A stretch of DNA of 64,000 nucleotides from Octopus bimaculoides (lineage: Eukaryota). Within the stretch, counting starts at the first letter, position 1; each line of letters starts with the position of its first letter. The stretch covers positions 16,106,194 to 16,170,193 of the forward strand of contig NC_068987.1 in assembly GCF_001194135.2 (NCBI RefSeq), written 5' to 3'. Below the pieces are notes generated by a model. It did no database searches and was not told the DNA's origin. It worked only from the letters and a program-made list of their open reading frames with translations. Shown here one piece after another: positions 24,066-37,629 of this stretch. The translations under genes were made by a program, and so were the position numbers.

Positions 24066-24421
24066 TTTCTATCCCCTGACCAAAAGGACACTCGGGTTTC
24101 AGCCGCACAAGATCTCATTGATTGTGTCAAGAACAATGAAAACTTTTTGAAAACTTTGCATAGGCTTGAGCAGGTATCGGCAGGCTTTTGGCAAAATTAG
24201 ATGCAGATTCTCTGTTCAACTTTCTCTGTCATGGTTAATGCAACGATCACACACCTTCCTTCCAAGTACTGCTGTAAACAGGGGAAGCACGCTAGAACGT
24301 TAAAACTTAGTGCGCATGCACAGCAGAGTTCAAGGTCAATCTGTGCCTAGCGGCTTCACTTTGCGTACTTTAGCTTTGTTACTATGGCAACAGTCCGGAT
24401 ACTTATTGAGCAGACCATGTA
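24066..24421. mobile_element. Same mariner derivative, right part (internal ORF piece fused to an inverted copy of the 5' end)
   Basis: Plus strand LSPDQKDTRVSAAQDLIDCVKNNENFLKT; minus strand TIR, 5'UTR and MTEKVEQRICI*FCQK; ends in TA. Confidence 0.85.
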
Positions 24422-24774
24422 TATATATATATATATATATATATATGTAATTAGTATTCAGCTAATTAAATGATCTGTTATATTATTATTTCCATTATTA
24501 CAGAAGTGGTGAAAGTATCATAGATCATAGCAATTAATTGCTTTTGATGTGAATGTCAGAGGAGGGAGATAGAGAGGACATACGACAAATGAAGATATTC
24601 TGCGGCTGTTAATGATATTACTAGATTAATTAGATAATTGCTAACACCATAGACAATAATTAAACATGACTTCAATTTAGAGTTTATCCTTCTTCAAATT
24701 CCATTATAGTATAAGCTGTTTAATTATAATAATTTATTAAAGTTTATGCAACATCATTCTTTTAGCTTTCATCT

Positions 24775-25165
24775 CATATTTGTTCCAGTCATTGGTCTTT
24801 GGCCATGTTGGGGCATCACATTCAAATGATTTTAGTCAAACAAATTAGTCCCAGTACTTATTTTTTTAAAACCTGGTGTTTATTCTATTGGTCTCTTATG
24901 CCAAACTGCTAAGTTGCAGGGATATAAACAAACGAATACCAGTTGTCAAGTGGTAGTGGAGGCAAACACAAACACAAATGTATACACACACATAGATTTA
25001 GGCATACACACACACACATACATTTGATGGGTTTATTTCAGTTTATGGTAACCAGATCCACTTGCAAGGTTTTGTTTGGCTCAAGGCTATTGTAGAAGAC
25101 ACTTGCCCAAATGGGACTGAATCTTGAACGAGGTTGGGAAGCAAGTGACTTACCGCACAACCATG
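24775..25165 (-). mobile_element. F1 SINE, decayed
   Basis: Reverse-complement head and tail motifs. Confidence 0.75.
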
Positions 25166-26102
25166 CTTGGATATTTTTCAGTTTTGTTGTAGTTTGTTGG
25201 AAGCTAAATACAAAGAATAAACAGAACCCCACCACCACCACCACCACACCATTTGAGCGTGATCGTTACCAGCGTCGCCTTACTGGCACTTGTGCCAGTG
25301 GCACATATATATAAATTTCAGAAAATGGAGATGTAGCATTAATATAATTTATTAATTGCGAAAGAGAATATGTTGGATTTTTGCAGTTAATGAATTATAT
25401 TAATGCTACATATCCATTTCCTGAATTTTATTTTGAATATTTATAAACCAAGATTTATACATAGACCTATTATTTTATGAATATCATTATTCACAAAAAA
25501 ATAATTGAGAATGAACCAGTAATTCATTGGATATTTTTATCCCCTTAATAAGGCTAAATTAACCTCTAATTAAATATATATATATATATATATGCTGGTT
25601 TTCTTTCAATTTCCATTTACCACTTACAAGGCTTTGGTCAGCCTAGTGTTACAGAAGATATTTGCCCAAAGTGCCATGCAGTAGGACTAAACTCAAGACC
25701 ACATGATTGAGAAGTAAGCTTCTTAACCACACAGTCATGTGTGTGCCTATGCAAAATATCAAAAGAATGTTTGCTCGTCTATTTGATAATTTTACAGTTC
25801 AATATAATAGTCTAGCATACTTTGTGTGTATAGAATGGAATCTAAAACCAGGTTGTTCTTCAAACTAGCTTCATTTTACTAATAGAATTGTATGATTTCT
25901 GTCTCAAATATCCTTTGAAGAAGTATGAATATCTCAAATTCGAATCACTGTCCTGTTTCCTATATAAATCATGTTTCTTTATTCAGATGCATGACAACAT
26001 TTTCTGAGCAGAAGACAAACATGAGCAATGTTAATGTTTTCTTTAAAGAACCTCAGTGATGTGACCAAAACATAATTGTTTGGGAAAATGAACTGAAATA
26101 GG

Positions 26103-26345
26103 TTAATACATACAGGCACATAAGGTGGCCCTCTGAATTGAGCCTAAGGGCCTGTTCAGAAATGTGGGTATGAATTCTGGTGTGCAGATCCAGTTAGAAT
26201 ACTTGTGTCTCTTGTTACCGGCTATGGCTTTGTAGTCTCTGTTGCAGCTGTCCATGATACATCTTACAGTCTTTACAGTGTTCACAGAGCATTCAGCTGC
26301 TGTCATGATGTCAGAATTTTGATACCTGACGAGAATCATCACAAT
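26103..26345 (-). pseudogene. Tc1/mariner (maT-like) transposase N-terminal remnant
   Basis: ILVRYQNSDIMTAAECSVNTVKTVRCIMDSCNRDYKAIAG...WICTPEFI resembles the maT HTH region from recall; no TIR confirmed. Confidence 0.55.
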
Positions 26346-26737
26346 ACAGATTCCAATATTCCAATATTTGGATCTATTTCAAAACGGGGGCACCAGTATT
26401 TTCTTGAAATAGATCCCAATATTTTTGTTTTCCAGTCCTCTATGTCAGTTTTTACTCAATTATAACTTAATCTTTATGCCTTTCCAATGCCACTGACTGT
26501 TCACCAACACATCAAACTGTTCCAGATAAAAGGAGTTGATAAAATAAGTATCAGTTGAACGACTTACCCACCTCCCGCTAACTTACTGGCCTTGTGCCAA
26601 AATGTGAAACCAATATTATACGTGTGGTGTTTATAGACGTGTGCATGTAGAATGACATGTTTATTATTAAAAAAAAAAAATTGAAGGGCCTGTATTTTAC
26701 AGGAACAATAATTTTTCTTACTTTTGGTCCTTATGTT

Positions 26738-27314
26738 AAAAATCCTTATTGTTGTTGCTGACTTTATAAAAGCACAGCATCAAAGGCGACAGAGCAGTCA
26801 CTGCCATGACATTTCTTTTGTACGTCAGCGACGACGTGGAGTTCTATTGTAGAACTTTCTTTTCCTTCGAGGTAAGGCGCAGTGAGAACTGAAAATAAAT
26901 ATATAAATAATAGGAAGACAAATTGCAATGGTTAATAGAATCAGGATGGTTTTTAAATATTTAAAACTTGTCCAACACCTTGGTAAAGAAAGAAGAGTTT
27001 ATATGAATGCAAAGTCAGTTTTTTTTTTCCTCAAGAGCAGGGTACAAAAATATTTACTGATATTTTCTTCTTTGAGAACTATTGTTGTACACAGCATAGT
27101 ACACGAGCAAAACAATCATTTTTAATTTTTGCACAGCGGGAGGGACTGGGTAAGTCAATAGCATCGACTCCAGTGTTCTACTGGTACTTTATTTTATCGA
27201 CTCCAGTGTTCTACTGGTACTTTATTTTATCGACTCCAGAAGTATCTTTACCATTTATTAAAGAATATTTTCTCGAAGTTCTCTATTTGAATTATGACCA
27301 GACACAGGCACATA

Positions 27315-27354
<40 letters not shown>

Positions 27355-28684
27355 TTAATATGGTCTATTTCTAGTATAATGGATGTCCACTTAGTGGTCA
27401 TCCCTTCTCATATATATATATATTTCGCTTGCATTATATTATTTGAGTATGCAACAACATTTTCATTCATAAACGTAACAGAGGCATCTGCATTTCATAT
27501 TTTCCCAAAGCCAAACCGTATGCACTTATATACTAAGTATTTCATAATTGAATACACGTATTTTCATTATTTAAAATTTCCCAAAAGGCGCAGAGCTGGC
27601 AATAGTTACTACGCTAGGTTCAAACTCGCTGAAGTTAACTTTTGCCTTTTAGCCATTTGGGATTGATGAAATAAGTATCAGTTGAGTATGAGGTCTTAAT
27701 TTTGCTTGTATCGAGCTGGCAGGATCACTAGTGTGTCGCGCAAAATGCTTAGCGGCATTTCTTCCAGCTCTTAACATTTTGAATTCAACTTTGCCTTTCA
27801 TTCCTCAGGAATCGATAAATAAAATATCAGTCAAATACCGGGTAAATGATATCAACTAACTCTGCTTCCCACTGAAAAGAAGGAAAAAAACAAAGAAAAA
27901 GGCCTTGTGCTTAACGTTAATTATTGACATTGTGCCTAAAACAGAAATCATGATTTTGCTCGTGTAAAGCGGGTGAGCTGACAAAATCGCTTGAGCATCG
28001 GAAGAAATGTCTTGTGATATTTGAGATCAAATCCCACTGAGGTCAACTTTGCTTTTCATCCGTTCATGATCGATAAAGTACAAGTGAAATACTGAGGTCG
28101 ATGACATCGACTTATCCTCTCCCCTCAAATCAGTCCAGAGTAAAGACAACGAGCTGGTAGAACCATAAGAACATCGGAAGAAATCTATTGCGGATCTGAC
28201 GTTTTACTTTCAAGTTTCTCATCCGGCCAAAGTTAACTGTGCCTTTCAACCCATCCGGGGGCTAAAAAAATAGTGCCGACGAAGTGTTGGGGTTGATGGC
28301 TTCAACTTAACTTCTTCCCTTAAAATTGCTATTGTGCCTAAATTAGAAACTCGTCTATTATGCAAAACTAGTTCTCAAGGAAGAAAATATTTGTGAATTT
28401 TTATTTTGTACCCTGCTCTTTAATAACGAGAAAGCAAAATAGTTTACATCCATATAACTTCTCTCTTCCACATGTTGGACAAATACAAGTTTAAAACCAT
28501 CTTTGTATTATTAACCATAGCAATTTGTGCCCCTTTTTTTTTTCAATATTCACAGCGCCCTACCCTTGTAAGAAACATTACAATGCAGCCCCATATCGTC
28601 TCAGACGTATAAAAAACTGTCACTCAGCGGAGGCTTAACTGCCTTTGATCGTGGGCCTCTGTAACAACAACAATACGGATTTTT
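26738..28684. mobile_element. Old fold-back element with ~330-nt diverged inverted arms; interior filled with F4 SINE fragments
   Basis: 26738-27085 aligns in reverse complement with 28365-28684 (blocks aaaaatccKtattgttgttg, atcaaaggc, tacgtc, aagagcagggtacaaaa, tattttcttcYttgagaacta). Confidence 0.75.
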
Positions 28685-28799
28685 ATAGAAACGTAGTCGA
28701 TATTATCAATGATTCGTGAAAGAAATAGTATCCATAATGAGTTAAGACAACATAGGCTGAGGGTTTCATTGCAAACATGTTAAGGAAATAAATGAGGAA

Positions 28800-28985
28800 A
28801 GAGCTTCGGGAAGTTTTCGCGGGTCCATTTTTAAATATTAGCTCCGCCTTTTCAGTGTCCATGACAAATGATGCATGACGTCACGGCTACTGGTTGAGGT
28901 GATTCCGTCATCCGGGTAACTCTGACTCAGAGCAGTAAGGAGGGGGAAGAAAGGGGGGAGGGGCAATACCTGAGACGCACACACA
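28800..28985. promoter_or_regulatory. Candidate promoter/enhancer: CpG-retaining segment with CRE (TGACGTCA), AP-1 (TGACTCA), E2F-like (TTTTCGCGG) and GGGGAGGGG motifs
   Basis: Motifs clustered within about 150 nt of non-repeat DNA; function not demonstrated. Confidence 0.35.
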
Positions 28986-30959
28986 TACACATCAACGGCA
29001 ACACTTGCATACATACACACGCATAAAGCGCTTCATACATAGACACACTCACACGTACGAATAAAGCGCCACACACGCACAACTATGCATAAAGTGCTAC
29101 ACATATACAGACACAAAGTGCTATACTCACATACATACAGACACTCATACACATAAAATGCTACACTCACACATACATATACACACTCACACATTAACGT
29201 CTACGTGCAGTCACAAAAGTATGTGACAATAGAAATGACAAGCCAAACGAAGTACCTTCCAACTGCTAGAAATAACAGTTGAATCTCCTAAACAAAAATC
29301 ACACTCACCCTTCTTAAAAACAGAAAGGAAACGTTGGGTAATAATATCAATGTAATCATAAATAACCCTGTAATCGATGGGATAGACACGGTTGGAATGC
29401 CTCTAATCATATGTCTGCTCGATCCAACAAAAATGCAGCAGTCCACTTACACACACACACACACACACACGCGCGCATATATTGATAGATAATGTAGAGG
29501 AAACAGTGTGGAAGACCGTCGTGTTTATGTATGTGTGTGTCTGTATTTGTCCCCTACCGCTTGACAACCAGTGTTGGTTTATTTACGTCCCCATGAATTA
29601 GCGGTTCGGCAAAGTGTCCAATAAAATAAGTATTAGACTAAAAAAAAAAAAAGTACTGGGGTCGATTTGTTTGATTAGACTCCTTCAAAGTGGTGCCTTC
29701 AGCATGGCTATAGTCCAGTGACTGAAGAAAAAAAAACCAAGTGAAAGAAAAACACACACACACAATCATATTATATACAAAGGACAATATAAACGAAACG
29801 AAATCTGCACGTACATATCACAACGAACACACACACACACGATATGATGGTGTATAGCGAAGTGTAAAACATTCAATGACACAGACACAAGGAAAGTTAT
29901 ATACACAGAGAAGAATATACGTACTAAATAGACTGTAGTACGATGTGTGTAAGTATGTGCATGGAGGAGGTGATCTGTTGACTGCCGACGACACATTTCC
30001 CTGACACACATATACCCACACAGCGACTCATTGTTATATACACGCACATATACATACTGAATAGTTAGTGTGTGTGTGTAAGTAATTATATATGTGGGGT
30101 TTGAAGCTGTTGACTGCTAACACATTTGCCTGATATATATATATACCCACACAACTATTAATCGTTACATACATGCACGCACAAAGATAAAAAAAGCTTA
30201 TATATATAAATAAGCTCACACACACAAACAAAAGAAAACTCTCACACACAGAGCTCTCTATCCCTCTCTTACACACACAAAAGTTCAATATACATGATAA
30301 AGCTCACACACACACACACACACACAGCTCTTTACCTCTTCGTCTCTCTCTCTACACACGATAAATCTCACACACACGTACACAAATAAAACGCATACAC
30401 ACACATACACAAACAAAACGCATATACACACATAAACAAAATCTCTCACACATACACACGACAAAGCTCTCTCTCTCACACATATACACAAAGAAAAAGC
30501 CCCCTCTCTCTCTCTCTCACACACACATTAAATACATAAAGTGTATATGTGTGTGTGTAAGTAAATTATATGTCTGAGAGGGGGTGTTGAAGCTGTTGAC
30601 TGCCGACACTGACATAATTATTACAGACACACATACTAATCCACACTCATATATACACTCACAGACTAAGGGCACACAGCAAGTCGACAGTTGCGGGCAG
30701 AGGCAGTTGAAACAAACTTTTTTTCTTTAACATTGCCATAAGTGAGAGAGATTTTGTGAGGACAACCTGCTTGCTTTTTACCAAACGTGGCCAGCCGAGC
30801 ACTCGAAACCAAACATATATTACTGTATGTATATATAGACAGGTTAGTTAAACGTGATTATTTTTTTTATAATACACACAGCATGCACGTGTGGTTGTGT
30901 TTTGTTTTTCTTATAAATTTGTACATGCATGCACGTATATATGTAATGGATGTGTGTAT

Positions 30960-31088
30960 GTAATATATGCACGCATGTGTATATATATGCATTATGTGTA
31001 TGTTTGTGTATATATATATATATATGCATTATGTGTATGTTTGTATATATATATATATATATATATATGCATGCATTATGTGTATGTT

Positions 31089-31122
<34 letters not shown>

Positions 31123-31160
31123 TGCATTATGTGTATGTTTGTATATATATGCATGAGTAT
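30960..31160. repeat. Minisatellite gcattatgtgtatgtttg(TA)n, about 4-5 units
   Basis: Seen directly. Confidence 0.85.
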
Positions 31161-31245
31161 ATATACCCCTGCCTACTCATTCACCCCTTTATTTGTTTTT
31201 GTAATAAGCTTATTGTTTGATACGCTCACTTCATATATTCATGTG

Positions 31246-31286
<41 letters not shown>

Positions 31287-31899
31287 TATACGTGAGTGTG
31301 TATACATTCACTATAAAATATTCCATTTATGTTTTGATAACTATGGTGCTAAGAGTTTTGCATGCTAAGTCGTGTATTTCTGTTAATCTGCAGTGTATGT
31401 GCATTCAACACAGGTACTATACACACACACATAAGTGGGAACTTTATTGTTTCAAACTCATAAAATATGAAAATTAAATTATATTCCTATCAATAATATA
31501 TTGTGTGTGAAGATGGTAACAATTAAATACCTCTTTATGATTTTGGCAACTTTACAGGGTTACAAAGAAAACCTATTTCTCATATAAAAAGTTGTCAAAG
31601 AGAGTACAAAGTTTGTTGTGAATGTCACAAAAGTTGTCATGTACTCTAGATTTGGTTTCTTATTTCCCTTCTGCAAGAATAAAAGGAAAGTTTTAATTTT
31701 CAGTATTTCTTCTTTGAAGTTTGTATGGGCAGCTACCACCAAAATGTAACATTGTCAGGTAAAAGTACTTTCTCTTTAGTGTTAAAACCAAGTAGTTTCG
31801 ATTGGATGAATGGTAAATTAAGAGAATTTATAGTAAAACTTCGTAGTTGCAAAAACTTCACTGTGTATATATATGTATGTATGTGTGTGTGGCTATATA

Positions 31900-32169
31900 T
31901 AATACACATACTCACATACAGATATATGCATATACAAAACATATATAATACACATACACTCACATATATAATACAGATATATGCATATACAAAACGTTTA
32001 TATATAATACACATACACTCAGATATATGCATATACAAAACATGCAGATATATGCATATACAAAACATATAATACACTCATAGATATATGCATATACAAA
32101 ACATTGTATATGTATATGCATATATATAATATACATACTCGCATACAGATATATGCATATACAGAACGT

Positions 32170-32222
<53 letters not shown>
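31900..32222. repeat. ~45-nt minisatellite (cagatatatgcatatacaaaac...) followed by (CA)n
   Basis: Seen directly. Confidence 0.85.
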
Positions 32223-32227
<5 letters not shown>

Positions 32228-32287
32228 CGAGCACATAAGTGCAAAACAAGGTGGAAAAAATAGTACTCGAATACCAAAGGTATTCGC

Positions 32288-32334
32288 AACTGTCCGACGA
32301 ACGGGAACGTGAAACTCTGAGTAAATAAATAGTC
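32288..32334 (+). ncRNA. Degenerate minimal hammerhead candidate (U4C, helix I disrupted)
   Basis: aactgt CCGACGA acg ggaa cgt GAAA ctctgag TA ...; near-palindromic helix III actc-t-gagt; 3' strand of helix I poorly matched. Confidence 0.35.
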
Positions 32335-32741
32335 TTGTGATAATCTTGCAGCATTAATGTGTGTGTGTGTATGTGTGATGCACACAGCATTCAGTGACGA
32401 TATTTTACACAACTAACTCTCCACGATTCCGCCTCTACATTGTCAAGCTGACCTATTATCATAGGCATTTCGGTGACCATCACCATTCCTTGATCGAAGT
32501 CCTAACCTCAAATATCACCTTTTCAATTTAACTTGCACGACATTAACGTGTTCCCTTTCGTAAGATTGTAAAGGTGTGATTTAAGAGAGATTTGGTTACT
32601 ATTTCTAGCACATCAAATAACTACGCTATCTTCTGTTTCTTCATTAACTGGTTTAGTTTATATTTTGAATTCAAATCACACCAAGAAAAGCTTTGCATCT
32701 CATTCTTCGAGACACAAATATATTTCCTATAGAACTTGAGT

Positions 32742-33133
32742 CATACCTACGCAAGTGTGTTCTCCTTCGACTTTGTTTCCTCATAACTTTCAGAAAAATG
32801 AGTATTTTAATGAAATTTTCTGAAAATACATTTCAAATAATCACGATTATATTGGAATTTAATGTGAAAAAAAAAGTTGGGTGCGTACAGCACGCACACA
32901 CACGCACGCACGCACGCACGCACGCACGCGAAATGAAATTTGGAAAAATATTATGTGATGTGTGTTAGTATGTATGTGTTCGCGCCTATCATTTCCTTTT
33001 GCCTCGCACTAAATTCTGGTGTAATCTACACCATCTGAAAGGTATTTGCAGAAAATTTCATTAAAAAGTACCCATTTTTTAAAAAGTTATGAGGAAACAA
33101 AGTCGGGGTGGGGAGCACACTTGTGTAGGTGTG
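32742..33133. mobile_element. MITE with ~125-nt TIRs
   Basis: catacctacgcaagtgtg...cgactttgtttcctcataacttt versus aaagttatgaggaaacaaagtcg...cacacttgtgtaggtgtg; (CACG)n centre; no clear TSD. Confidence 0.8.
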
Positions 33134-33239
33134 CTAAATTTGAATCAGTCAGTTTTGCGTTCTTCATTATGGTTCCATTATCTCCAAAACCACATTCGTA
33201 TAATGGCAACAAACGGATAGTAATTACATTGTCATCACT

Positions 33240-34180
33240 CTGCCTGTTAGAAATAGAAGCCAAATCTCAAATCACATTCTACCTGTATAAGATAGAATAA
33301 GGATTAAAAAAAAAGAAAAAAGAATGGAGAACATATTAGATAATGTAGTCCTGGGTAAAATGTCTGAAAAGACGGAGTGGTCAAGGTTTAGAATGCTTTT
33401 GTCATAGATCTGCTCTATCGGGTTCGATCTAGGGCTACCCGATAATACATAATATTAAATCTATAAAGCCAACTAGGGAGCTGTAATGTGGTCCCGACCT
33501 GCTAGAAATAGCAACCTAATCTCTCGCAAAAGATTACGCTGGATAATTGTGAATTTAGATAAAACATAGGAAGAAATTATCGAAGTTGGTGCTTATTCTG
33601 AAACTCCTCCGCAGAAGGTGTCTTTAAAAAGAACAAAACCCCAAACAAGAGCTATCCTGATCAACGTTTGAAACCTATGGTCATAGGTCTACTTGAGCAA
33701 AGTTGTCCTGGGCTAAACGATAACAACATCTACAGTATAGCATATTCATTCAGTTCATGTCACCCACGCCTATCGTATCTCCATATAATTTCTCCTAAAT
33801 ATACATCTATATACGTATACCCTGTCACATATAAATATACACGCTCTACATATCACTTTACACATGTATGTACACGGTATAGCATCGCTCCATGTAATCT
33901 TTTCATTACATACATGCTTATATTTTCACATCTCACGTATACCTAAACATGTTTACATGTGCGAGGGTGGCCTCTCCGTGATCGCTCGCTCGGTTAGAAA
34001 TAGAAGCCAAATTCTCTGTTTTTCATCCCCACCGTTTTAGAATAGAGTACTTTGGATTATATGGTCCTGGCTTTCTCGCACATAGGACAAAAAGCAACAA
34101 AGCAAAACTCGGGGTTGTCACGGTTGGAATGCCCCTGATCATAAGCTTTAATTGATCAGAGCTGACCTGGAGTTAACAAC
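33240..34180 (+). mobile_element. Cluster of three decayed F5 SINE-like copies
   Basis: Repeated ttagaaatagaagccaaat head region and ggctaaac/(CAA)-type tails near 33440, 33715 and 34170. Confidence 0.65.
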
Positions 34181-34854
34181 ACAGCATGTGCTCATTCATA
34201 CATACACACATCACATGTCCACATTTTGGAAGATATGTACTCCCTACACACACACACACACAATGTGCACGCACACACATTTACATACATCACGTGCACC
34301 CAGTTATTCAACACAAAATGTGTACATATATATCTCCCTCTCTCTCTATATTTATATACATATGCACACCACGCTGTTTTGCTATATTATAAAATACAAT
34401 AATACAGAATAGTTAGGCGCTAACACACTTTTATATGGCAAACACGATAACCAATCGATCTAGCTACACTATGACTATACCAGCAAAAGTAAACATCGAA
34501 TATTGCTTCATTCAACTTTAAGGCAAATCGACCAACAAGGGAGCCTCTATGTGGTCGCTCTATATGCTAGATATAACAACCAAGTCGTCCTCAAACCAAG
34601 CACTCATAACCTCCGTTTCGAAGTCGGAAGTACGTATTGGAATTCTGTGTAGCCCTCGGTATGCAAAATAAGTGCATGGTCACGGTTGGAACACCCTGCC
34701 GTTTCGGGGGACGTATTGGACTTACGTGCAGTCCTTGATGTACAGAGTGACTGAATGGTCAAGACTGGAATTCCTTTCATCATACGTATGTTCCTAATCG
34801 GGCCTAACATACGCCTAATAAACAGCTACAGGTACAACATTGATTGGCGGAGAC

Positions 34855-35239
34855 GGACTATATGTAATCTGAACCTCCCCCCCCCCTTATTTATTAATTT
34901 TTTTTTTACGGAATCCCACGTTTTAGACTATGGAGATTCCGATTCTGAATTAAAATTGTTTGAAAAATTTCAATTCCCCCCCCCACCAAGCAGGCTATTT
35001 ACATGCTAGAAATAACAGCCAAATCTCACAAAACTAGTGTTAGGGTTAGGGTCAGGGTTAGGGTTTGAGTTAGGGTTAGGTTTACCCTGTGGATCTATAT
35101 AAGGGGCGGGGGCGGGAATCGAAATTTTGAAATTGAGATTTTTGAAAATTTTATTTCAGAATCGGAATCTCCTTAGCCTAAAACGTGGGATTCCGTAAAA
35201 AAAAAAGGGGGGGGGGAAGGTTCAGATTACATATAGTCC
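34855..35239. mobile_element. MITE with ~130-nt TIRs and internal (TTAGGG)n
   Basis: ggactatatgtaatctgaacct...acggaatcccacgtttta versus reverse complement at the right end; about 6-7 degenerate TTAGGG units at 35040-35080. Confidence 0.85.
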
Positions 35240-35819
35240 ATATGGACCGTCACCTTGGTCAACACGCTCTATATTAAATAAATATTAAATTTACTTCAAT
35301 AATTAAATGAACTAGAGGCACCTGTACGTTAGTATAAATGATACAAGTTTATTAATACTGTGCCGTGTAAGGTACCAGTTAACTAATACTGGCGGCCGCG
35401 GTAATTTGAAGTTTTTACTTGTACAATTAGTACGGATTATAAGATGTTCCGGAGTATCGGTGTTGTACGATAGCCATCTATAGATTTCTTCTCCTCTCTC
35501 ATATTACCTGTGCACAACCACGGTAGCAATAAACACACCTATAACGATTAGGCACAAAGCCACACCTTTCCGTCTAGGATATATACTCGATTAGGTAGAT
35601 TGTCAACATTTAGCGTTTATTGTATAGGTATTATTTTCACGAAACGCCCTGTTCTTTTTTCCTCTCTCTCTTTCTCGACGAACGACTAACGTCTTTTACT
35701 CCTGTATGTTGTGTTGATCGATCCAAGTACCAGAATGAATAGGTAATAACTTTTATTGACTGCAGAAAGTTGAGTGATAAAATTGCTTCCTGTACTCCAA
35801 ACGGCTGTTATGTTGAGGC

Positions 35820-36150
35820 CCAGGCGTGGCTGTGTGGTTAAGAAGCTTGCTTCCCAGTCTTGTCGCTATGAGTTCAGTCCCACCGCTTGGCATTTTGGGC
35901 AAATGTCTTCAATTATAGCGCTTTGCCGACCAAGGCCTTGTGACTGGATTTCGTGTGTGCGCGCGTCTTTGTTTGTCCTTCACACTGCTTGACAACAGGT
36001 ATCAGTTTGTTTATATCCCCGTAAATTAGCAGTTCGACTAAAAAGACTGAAAGACAAAGTACCATGCTTTCAAAATATGCGTACTGAAGTCGATTTTTTG
36101 ACCAAATCCTTCAAGTTGTACCAGCATGGCTACAGTCTACTTATTGAAAC
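35820..36150 (+). mobile_element. F1 SINE
   Basis: Head and tail motifs. Confidence 0.8.
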
Positions 36151-36184
36151 AAATAAAACAATATATGTGTACATATATATATAT

Positions 36185-36550
36185 ATTCTTTTATTTGTTT
36201 GTCATTTGACTGCGGCCATGCTGGAGCACCGCCTTCAGTTGAACAGATTTACTCTTTGTAAGCCTAGTACTTATTCTATCGGTTTCTTTTGCAGAACCGC
36301 TAAGTTACAGGGACGTAAACACACCAACATTCGGTTGTCAAGCAGTGGTGGTGGGGGGAAACACAGACACACAAACGTATATATACCGCTGGCTTCTTTC
36401 AAGTTCTATCCACCAATTCCACTCACAAAGCTTTGGGTCATCCTGAGGCTATTGTAGAAGACACTTGCATAAGGTACTACGCAGTGGGACTGAACCCAGA
36501 ACCATGTGGCTGGTAAGCAAGCTACTTACCACACAGCCACTCCTGTGCCT
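36185..36550 (-). mobile_element. F1 SINE, young
   Basis: Near-consensus, CpGs retained. Confidence 0.85.
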
Positions 36551-36982
36551 ATATATATATATATATATATAGTGATGTTCATTGTTAGAACACTTACCAT
36601 GGCCCTGCTCAATGATGGCTGGCTCAGGGCTAAAAGAACAGCAGCATTATAGAGATTTCTAACACTGCAATCTCAGTATTTCTGTTTCCTATAACAGTAA
36701 TAACATTAACACTGATCATTCTGCTCTTCTATTTCGGTCTCTTTACCGTACCAGTTATGCTGTTTCCAAAGTATCTTTCTAACTAATCTGTCTAAGTATT
36801 TCTAAAATACTAACCTAACAAGTCGATCTACTACTGTTACAGCTTTAGGCTGATATAGAGAAAACTACAATAACAAACACTGACAGAAGCTACAATATCA
36901 ACAAACAAAAAAAGTGTTAATGTTTCAGAAAACTTGTGTGTTTGTTCATCTTCCTCTCCCTCTTTCTTCCCTTCTCTCTCTC

Positions 36983-37019
<37 letters not shown>

Positions 37020-37206
37020 GTATATATTGAGTGAGAGATAATTAGGAGTAGATATGACTTTGTTGTGAAGAAATTCACTTTGGAACCATGTAGTTTTAGG
37101 TTCAGTCCCTCTGCACAGCATCTTGAGTATGTGTCTTCTATAGCCATGGGCTAACCCATGCTTTCTTAGTGAATTTGGTTGAAGGAAATTGCAGGAAGCT
37201 CATTCC

Positions 37207-37237
<31 letters not shown>

Positions 37238-37629
37238 GACAGACAGACACACAAATATGTATGTATGTATTAATTATTGAATAACGGACAGGAATTAGAA
37301 AATCAACTTCATTAGCTTACAGCTGTTTCTGCTGTATTTATGTGTGTATATTAATTTACATATGATCATTAAATAGCAAAAAAACTTGGAAAGGTTGGTT
37401 GAAAAGCTTGTTACTAACTCCAAACAAAATGCTACAAAAGGCAGTGGATTGACTCAGAATCTTTACAACACAGATAGAATACTTTGTGATATTTACTTCC
37501 AGCCTTTGACTTTCTGAGTTCAAATCCCATTAACATCAACTTCACCTTTTCAGCTCAATTTTTCAAGCAGTACTAGATTTACCTATAGGCTTGGCTGGCT
37601 GAAGCATGGACCTCAAAATCTGTCACAGG

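Noticed and set aside
27163-27237. 33-nt tandem duplication
   Set aside because: Simple slippage inside a decayed F4 SINE.
28680-28826. Minus-strand 48-codon ORF MDPRKLPEALFLIYFLNMFAMKP... with AAAATG context
   Set aside because: Short, no convincing donor and no recognisable homology; not called as CDS.
35040-35080. True telomere or chromosome-fusion site
   Set aside because: Only about 40 nt, degenerate, and enclosed by MITE TIRs.
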